DNA of 12,823 nt from Promethearchaeota archaeon (GTDB lineage: Archaea; Asgardarchaeota; Lokiarchaeia; Sigyniarchaeales; SOKP01). This document shows, piece by piece, positions 7,813-12,823 of the stretch. Made by a program: the position numbers and the translations under genes. Numbering within the stretch: the stretch's first letter is position 1; the number at the start of each line of letters is the position of its first letter. The stretch spans positions 1 to 12,823 of the forward strand of contig JABCSY010000110.1 of the NCBI GenBank assembly GCA_018238625.1, in the 5' to 3' direction. Under the pieces are notes generated by a model. That model saw only the letters and a list, made by a program, of their open reading frames with translations. It searched no databases and was not told the origin of the DNA.

Positions 7813-8475
7813 ATGAATAATATTGAAGATGAATATCGTAAAATAATTGAATTTTATCCTAATGCAATTATTGAGAAAGAGTGTATTTCTCAAGTAAAAA
7901 TTCCTTTAAAAAATAAATTCTTTTTGAAAATCAACTTTAAAAATTACCCAAAAAAACCAATTATTAATTTAATTAGTAAAGATGACCAAATTTATCGAAA
8001 AGTTGATAAAATGATTCCATTATTAAATAAATGGGAAAAAAAGAATCCTCCTTCTATCGTTGATCTTATTAGTGAAATTTTAGCTTTCATTAATAGTTTG
8101 GAATCTAAAGAAATAAAAATCAAAAAAGAATTACTAAATGGAATTATCGCGTTATGTAAAAATCAACATCCGAGAGAAATATTAGGACTTCTAAGAATAG
8201 TTAATGGAATCGCTGTAGAATACATTTTGCCTCCGGGATCAATTACATCTAAGAGTTCTGGTCTTTTTATTCCTAGTAGATTGGGTTTTGATTCAACTCT
8301 CAATGGATCTATTCATTCACACCCTTCTGGAAATCCTAATCCGTCTATTATTGATATTAATAACGTTTTTAAAACAAAAAACTTCAATTTTATTGTCGCT
8401 TATCCGTATAATTTGAGCAGTATAAAATGCTTTAATAGAAAAGGACGGGAAATTGAGTTTAGAATAATAAATTAA
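7813..8475 (+). CDS. JAB1/MPN/Mov34 (JAMM/MPN+) metalloprotease fused to an N-terminal UBC/UEV/RWD-like domain
   Basis: The C-terminal half has E122 (HPREILGLL) and H168-S-H170-x7-S178-xx-D181 (GSIHSHPSGNPNPSIID), an intact JAMM motif. The N-terminal ~96 aa has LKINFKNYPKKP and LNKWEKKNPPSIVDLISEI, resembling UBC-fold motifs. An AGGT SD lies at 7803-7806. The JAMM call is strong; the N-domain call is inference. Confidence 0.85.
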   Translation: MNNIEDEYRKIIEFYPNAIIEKECISQVKIPLKNKFFLKINFKNYPKKPIINLISKDDQIYRKVDKMIPLLNKWEKKNPPSIVDLISEILAFINSLESKEIKIKKELLNGIIALCKNQHPREILGLLRIVNGIAVEYILPPGSITSKSSGLFIPSRLGFDSTLNGSIHSHPSGNPNPSIIDINNVFKTKNFNFIVAYPYNLSSIKCFNRKGREIEFRIIN

Positions 8476-8498
8476 AGAAAATATTCATTTAAAGGCAA

Positions 8499-9269
8499 GT
8501 GTGTTATTTGGCAGAAAAGAAATATTTAGCAGATCCTAAGAAAAGATTTTCTTCCAGAGTAGAAAACTATATCAAGTATCGACCGAGCTATCCTCTTGAA
8601 ATTATTGATATCTTGAAAGAGAAGAGAGTCTTAACAGAAAATACTGTAATTGCCGATATTGGTTCAGGTACAGGAATTTTAACAAAAATATTCTTGGATA
8701 ATGGTAATCAAGTTTATGGGGTTGAACCCAATAAAGATATGAGAGAAGCAGCCGAAAAACTCCTGCAAGGATATACAAGATTTTCAAGTCTTGAAGGTTC
8801 TGCTGAGACCACAGGATTAGATGAGAATTGCATAGATCTTATTATTGCTGGACAAGCTTTTCATTGGTTCGATGTAGAAGAGTCTAAGAGAGAATTTAAA
8901 AGAATAATAAAACCGAATGGTAATGTAGCGTTAATCTGGAACAATCGTGGAAAAAGCGGAACAGATTTTAATAGTAGTTATGAAAATTTCATTTTAAAAT
9001 ACGGAACAGATTATAGAGAAATAAAGAAAAATGATGGAAATGTGGATCTCTTTTTTAATTATCAAAAAGAAACATTTTATAATTTTCAAGAATTAGATTT
9101 TACCCATTTTAAAGGCAGGGTCCTTTCTTCATCTTATATTCCTTTAGATGATAATCCCCTTTTCTCAAAAATGATATTGGAATTGGAAGATTTATTTAAG
9201 AAACACCAACAGAATGAAATTATTAGAATTGAATACGATACCGAAATATATCTTGGTAAATTAGTTTAA
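8499..9269 (+). CDS. Class I SAM-dependent methyltransferase (Methyltransf_11-like)
   Basis: Motifs YIKYRPSYP, IADIGSGTG (motif I), GVEPN, IIAGQAFHWF and KRIIKPNG. Start is GTG 8499 or TTG 8508. Confidence 0.92.
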   Translation: MCYLAEKKYLADPKKRFSSRVENYIKYRPSYPLEIIDILKEKRVLTENTVIADIGSGTGILTKIFLDNGNQVYGVEPNKDMREAAEKLLQGYTRFSSLEGSAETTGLDENCIDLIIAGQAFHWFDVEESKREFKRIIKPNGNVALIWNNRGKSGTDFNSSYENFILKYGTDYREIKKNDGNVDLFFNYQKETFYNFQELDFTHFKGRVLSSSYIPLDDNPLFSKMILELEDLFKKHQQNEIIRIEYDTEIYLGKLV

Positions 9270-9340
9270 TTTTTAATCGTAAAATTGCTTCTAAAAAATA
9301 CTAACTTATAATTATTAATAAATAAAGTTTGGTGAATTGC

Positions 9341-9415
9341 ATGGAAAAGAAACAGAATAGATTAAATGTCGATCCGTTTCACTTTAAATATATTATTGCA
9401 AATGAAAACAAATAA
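9341..9415 (+). CDS. Possible 24-aa small ORF or gene remnant (MEKKQNRLNVDPFHFKYIIANENK)
   Basis: ATG at 9341 lies 5 nt after a GGTGA Shine-Dalgarno (9331-9335), with TAA at 9413-9415. It sits in an otherwise empty intergenic gap. No recognisable homology. Confidence 0.3.
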   Translation: MEKKQNRLNVDPFHFKYIIANENK

Positions 9416-9547
9416 AATTAAATCCTACCATTTTATATTCGGGATGTTATTTCTTATAATTTAAATTCTAATTTATCTTATAATGAATATTAAAACTAAA
9501 TAAAAATTTAAAGTAGATTAACTAAAAACAATTCGAGAGTAAAATAA

Positions 9548-10945
9548 ATGAGTTCTAAATTTTTAGAAAGAATAATTGAACCCTTAATTGTTAATTTAAT
9601 GCAACAATCAAAGATACCTGGGCTCGCTCTTAGCGTTATAAAAGATGGAAAACCATTCTATGCTAAGGGTTTTGGTGCGAGAAATTTAAAAAAGAATATT
9701 CCTTTTGATGAAGATACTTTATTTGGAATAGGTTCTATTTCAAAATCGTTTACTGCTCTGGGAATAATGCAATTAGTTGAACAAGGTAAAATTGATCTTC
9801 AAAGCCCGGTAAAAAAATACATTGATTTTAGGCTTGGAGATAAAAAAAATCCTATAAAAATACATCATCTACTCTCTCACTCTACAGGATACCCTGAACT
9901 TCTTGGAAATATAGTAGCATTAACAAGACGATTAGGTTTGATTGAAAATATTATTCCAATGAGTAGCTGGAATGATTACATGTTGTTTATAAACGGTGCA
10001 AGGAAGGAAGTTGTAGATATCCCCGGTAAGAGGTTCTTTTATAATAATGACATGTTTACTTGCTTAGGATTAATTATAGAAAAAGTATCTGGAATGAGAT
10101 TTGAAGAATATATTAGAGAGAATGTTTTGAAACCTTTAGGTATGAATAGATCCACATATTTACGAGAGGTTTATGATGACGATAATAATACTATAACAAA
10201 TTATTTTCCTCTTGATGAAGAAGGAAATCTTAAAGAATCAGATGCACCTATTGACAAATTTGTTTACGCTCCTGGGGGGTTATTAAGTTCAGTATACGAA
10301 TTACAAAACTATTTAATTGCTCTAATGAATGAAGGTAAACATGGGCAATCAGAAATTATTCAGAAATCATCAATAGATAAAATGTGGAAACCGTATAATA
10401 AAACTCCAGAATTATATGGTCACGGAGAGCCTTGGTATGGCTATGGTTGGTTTGTAGAAAAGGATTTTTTCGGGTATGACGTAATACAACATGGAGGGAG
10501 CGTTTTAACAGCGACTGCTATGGTAGCAATGATCCCAGAAATAAAAATGGCTGTTATTATGGGTGTTAACTGTGATGATCAAGGTTTATTAGACCCATTA
10601 GCTCACGGTATTTTAGCAATTCTTTTAGGAAAGGACATAAATGAAGCAGTCCCCCTATTACAAATCCAAAATAAGTTAAATAAGTTGGTGGGAAAATATA
10701 CAACATATAAAGATCTACAATCCTTAGAAATATTTCTTGAGAACGGAATTCTCTACGCTAAAATACCATATCCACATTTACCTAAACCTATTATTTTACC
10801 ACTTGCGCCGGAAAATGTAGATGAATTAAAATTTGTCGTACCAATTGCTTTCCCGGGTATGAAAATGAAAGGTCAATTTTTTATCGATGAAAAAACAGAT
10901 GAAGTACATTTTTTAGTAGATCGCTATAAATTCCATAAAATCTAA
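9548..10945 (+). CDS. Beta-lactamase class C-like serine peptidase (MEROPS S12), Pab87/CubicO-like, with C-terminal beta-rich domain
   Basis: IPGLAL, FGIGSISKSF (SxxK), LLSHSTG, FFYNN (YxN), PLGM, APGGLLSS, YGYGW and QHGG motifs. The C-terminal extension LVGKY...ILYAK...PLAPE...VDRYKFHK resembles the Pab87 oligomerisation/DUF3471 domain. No signal peptide is evident. Confidence 0.9.
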   Translation: MSSKFLERIIEPLIVNLMQQSKIPGLALSVIKDGKPFYAKGFGARNLKKNIPFDEDTLFGIGSISKSFTALGIMQLVEQGKIDLQSPVKKYIDFRLGDKKNPIKIHHLLSHSTGYPELLGNIVALTRRLGLIENIIPMSSWNDYMLFINGARKEVVDIPGKRFFYNNDMFTCLGLIIEKVSGMRFEEYIRENVLKPLGMNRSTYLREVYDDDNNTITNYFPLDEEGNLKESDAPIDKFVYAPGGLLSSVYELQNYLIALMNEGKHGQSEIIQKSSIDKMWKPYNKTPELYGHGEPWYGYGWFVEKDFFGYDVIQHGGSVLTATAMVAMIPEIKMAVIMGVNCDDQGLLDPLAHGILAILLGKDINEAVPLLQIQNKLNKLVGKYTTYKDLQSLEIFLENGILYAKIPYPHLPKPIILPLAPENVDELKFVVPIAFPGMKMKGQFFIDEKTDEVHFLVDRYKFHKI

Positions 10946-10955
10946 TTTTTTTTTT
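10946..10955 (+). terminator. Oligo-T (T10) terminator between convergent peptidase genes
   Basis: T10 immediately after the TAA at 10945, within a 14-bp gap before the convergent gene's stop. Confidence 0.55.
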
Positions 10956-10959
10956 ATCT

Positions 10960-12823
10960 TTATAACGGCAGCATTTTCATGAGAAATTCCATACTTGGTC
11001 CTTTTATCTTATATTCTTTTGGCGGTTCTTGTTTTAAAAGATGCTTAACAAAATAATCCCATTGCTTTCGTATAAAATATTCATCGTATACAAACAAATG
11101 ATTGCGATTAGGCAGTATCAACATATCAAAGTCTTTATTAGCCTTCATTAGTGCGTCTGCTAATTGGAGAGTTAGAGAATGGTGTACATTATCGTCCATA
11201 TCACCGCTAGCGAGAAATAATTTTCCTTTTAAATTTTGAGCAAGTCGGGCTGTAACTTGATTCTTGTAATTATCCCCTTCAAGCATACCTTGATATTTTT
11301 CCCCCCAATCTGAAACATATCCTCGTTGATCATAATTTCCAGCAGAGGATACAGCAACTTTATAAAAGTCTGGAAAAGAAAGGATCGCCGTTGCGGAAGC
11401 AAAACCTCCTCCAGAATGACCATATATTCCCACTCGATTTAAATCCATATATGAGTGTTCACTTGCTAGCTGTTGAATTGCTGTTATGTGATCTTCTAAT
11501 CCTCCAGCATCACCCATATTCCCATATCCATAATCATGAAATGCTTTGGAGCGTAGAGGGGTTCCCATTCCATCAACTGTGATTACTATAAATCCTAATT
11601 CTGCTATTGATTGTGGTGACCAAAAACCCATTACACCTCTATCTAATTTTTGAGGGAACAGTTTTGGTGTTCGAATAACTTGTGGTCCGGGATATATATT
11701 GTCGAGTATGGGATACCTCTTATTTGAATCAAAAGTGCTTGGAAAAAATATTAAACCGTATAAATCTGTAATTCCATCACGAGCTTTTACTTTGAACGAT
11801 TTGGGAGGTATCCATCCTTGTTTGAGAAGTAAACCTATATTAGATCTTTCAAGCTTTTGGATCAATTGACCATCTACAGCTCTTAGTACCGAAATGGGGG
11901 CGGCGTCTACTCTCGAAAAATTATCTACGAAATAATCTCCTGAAGGAGAAAATATCACATCGTGATTAGCATTTTCGGGAGTTAATAATTGAATATCAGT
12001 GCCATTAAATTTAGCACGATAGAGGTGACCATAATAAGGATCGCGAGTTTCTTCCTTTCCACCTGCGATAAAATAAACCCATCGATCTTTTTCATCAATA
12101 TGTTTGATATTGTGAACCATCCACTGGCCAGATGTGATTTGGTTTATAAGGACCCCGGTTTTTCCGTTATATAAGTACAAATGTCCCCAACCATCTCTTT
12201 GAGAGAACCAGATGATCTCGTTGCTATTTTTCACTACTTTTACATTAGGAGGTTCCATTATAATGTGATTGAAATCTATATGAGTTGATGCGCTCTCTTC
12301 AATGATAGTTCTAATATCGCCTGAAATTGCATCTAATTCGCATAATCTAGCCGTTTTACAATCGCGTTCTATATAAATAGAATATGCTATTTTACTATCT
12401 TCCCTCCACCATACAAACTTCATAAATATAGGGGGCATAAAAGCAACGGTTTGAGGTTTGTATTTTACTACAACTTTTGACTTTTTTTCGATATCTAATA
12501 TTACTAAATCTGCTTGCGCCACTTCATCATCCCCAGGTAAAGGATAGCGATACTTATGTAAGATTGGTCGGGAAGCTTTCCCTAATCCCGCTGATTGAAT
12601 GAGATACATTTCTTTCACCCTTCTTTGATCGAGTTTATGCACTAATAATTTCTTTGAATCAGGAGACCATAACATTATAGGCGGTAAAAGGGCGTCAAGT
12701 CCGAGACGACGGATTGTAATCTCATACGTGCTTGATTCAGGGAGAGTTCCATAGTCATTATGTTTTTCTCCGTCTTCAGTCAATTGCATTTCTTGTCCAC
12801 CTGAAAGAGAGCGTAGAAAAACA
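10960..12823 (-). CDS. S9B dipeptidyl-peptidase IV-like serine peptidase (DPPIV_N propeller + Peptidase_S9); 5' end beyond the right edge
   Basis: Nucleophile GIYGHSGGG, DMDDNVH (Asp) and PNRNH (His), plus IYPGPQ, WSPDSK and SQRDGWGHLY. The frame stays open upstream of the track's Met at 12789 (VFLRSLSGGQEMQLT) to the edge, so the true start is outside the window. Confidence 0.93.
   Translation of the reverse strand, partial: VFLRSLSGGQEMQLTEDGEKHNDYGTLPESSTYEITIRRLGLDALLPPIMLWSPDSKKLLVHKLDQRRVKEMYLIQSAGLGKASRPILHKYRYPLPGDDEVAQADLVILDIEKKSKVVVKYKPQTVAFMPPIFMKFVWWREDSKIAYSIYIERDCKTARLCELDAISGDIRTIIEESASTHIDFNHIIMEPPNVKVVKNSNEIIWFSQRDGWGHLYLYNGKTGVLINQITSGQWMVHNIKHIDEKDRWVYFIAGGKEETRDPYYGHLYRAKFNGTDIQLLTPENANHDVIFSPSGDYFVDNFSRVDAAPISVLRAVDGQLIQKLERSNIGLLLKQGWIPPKSFKVKARDGITDLYGLIFFPSTFDSNKRYPILDNIYPGPQVIRTPKLFPQKLDRGVMGFWSPQSIAELGFIVITVDGMGTPLRSKAFHDYGYGNMGDAGGLEDHITAIQQLASEHSYMDLNRVGIYGHSGGGFASATAILSFPDFYKVAVSSAGNYDQRGYVSDWGEKYQGMLEGDNYKNQVTARLAQNLKGKLFLASGDMDDNVHHSLTLQLADALMKANKDFDMLILPNRNHLFVYDEYFIRKQWDYFVKHLLKQEPPKEYKIKGPSMEFLMKMLPL

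Noticed and set aside
8602-8787. 61-aa minus-strand ORF
   Set aside because: Antisense to the methyltransferase, with no independent support.
7813-9269. JAB + E2-like + methyltransferase as a CBASS/Bil-type anti-phage or restriction-modification system
   Set aside because: No CD-NTase, E1, Ubl or effector nearby. The E2-like domain has no catalytic Cys, and the methyltransferase lacks DNA-MTase motifs (DPPY/NPPY/PC).
11229-12174. Three short ORFs inside the S9B peptidase gene
   Set aside because: Alternate-frame or antisense shadows with no recognisable features.
12787-12789. Met at 12789 as the start of the S9B peptidase
   Set aside because: The frame is open to the window edge and the propeller domain appears incomplete, so this is an internal Met.
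1-12823. CRISPR arrays, tRNA/rRNA genes, IS elements
   Set aside because: I saw no periodic repeat-spacer pattern, GC-rich structured island, transposase or terminal inverted repeats. The intergenic gaps are short and AT-rich.

Overview
AT-rich, gene-dense prokaryotic window that looks archaeal and most likely Asgard/Lokiarchaeia-like. This is inferred from BRE/TATA-type promoters, oligo-T terminators, TTG/GTG starts, paralogous 2-hydroxyacyl-CoA dehydratase subunits and a UBC/UEV-like domain. Left, minus strand: a probable operon of an SCP2-like small protein, one beta-type and two tandem-duplicated alpha-type 2-hydroxyacyl-CoA dehydratase/benzoyl-CoA reductase-family [4Fe-4S] subunits, and a Cys-type sulfatase that the ORF track missed and that runs off the left edge. 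Centre, plus strand and divergent: a single-chain aconitase, a 220-aa fusion of a Cys-less UBC/UEV-like domain to an intact JAMM/MPN+ isopeptidase domain, a class I SAM methyltransferase, a 24-codon ORF with a good SD and a Pab87/CubicO-like serine peptidase. Right, minus strand: an S9B DPP-IV-like peptidase truncated by the right edge. The most interesting items are the UEV-like/JAMM fusion and the activase-less SCP2-dehydratase-sulfatase operon. I saw no RNA genes, CRISPR arrays or mobile elements.
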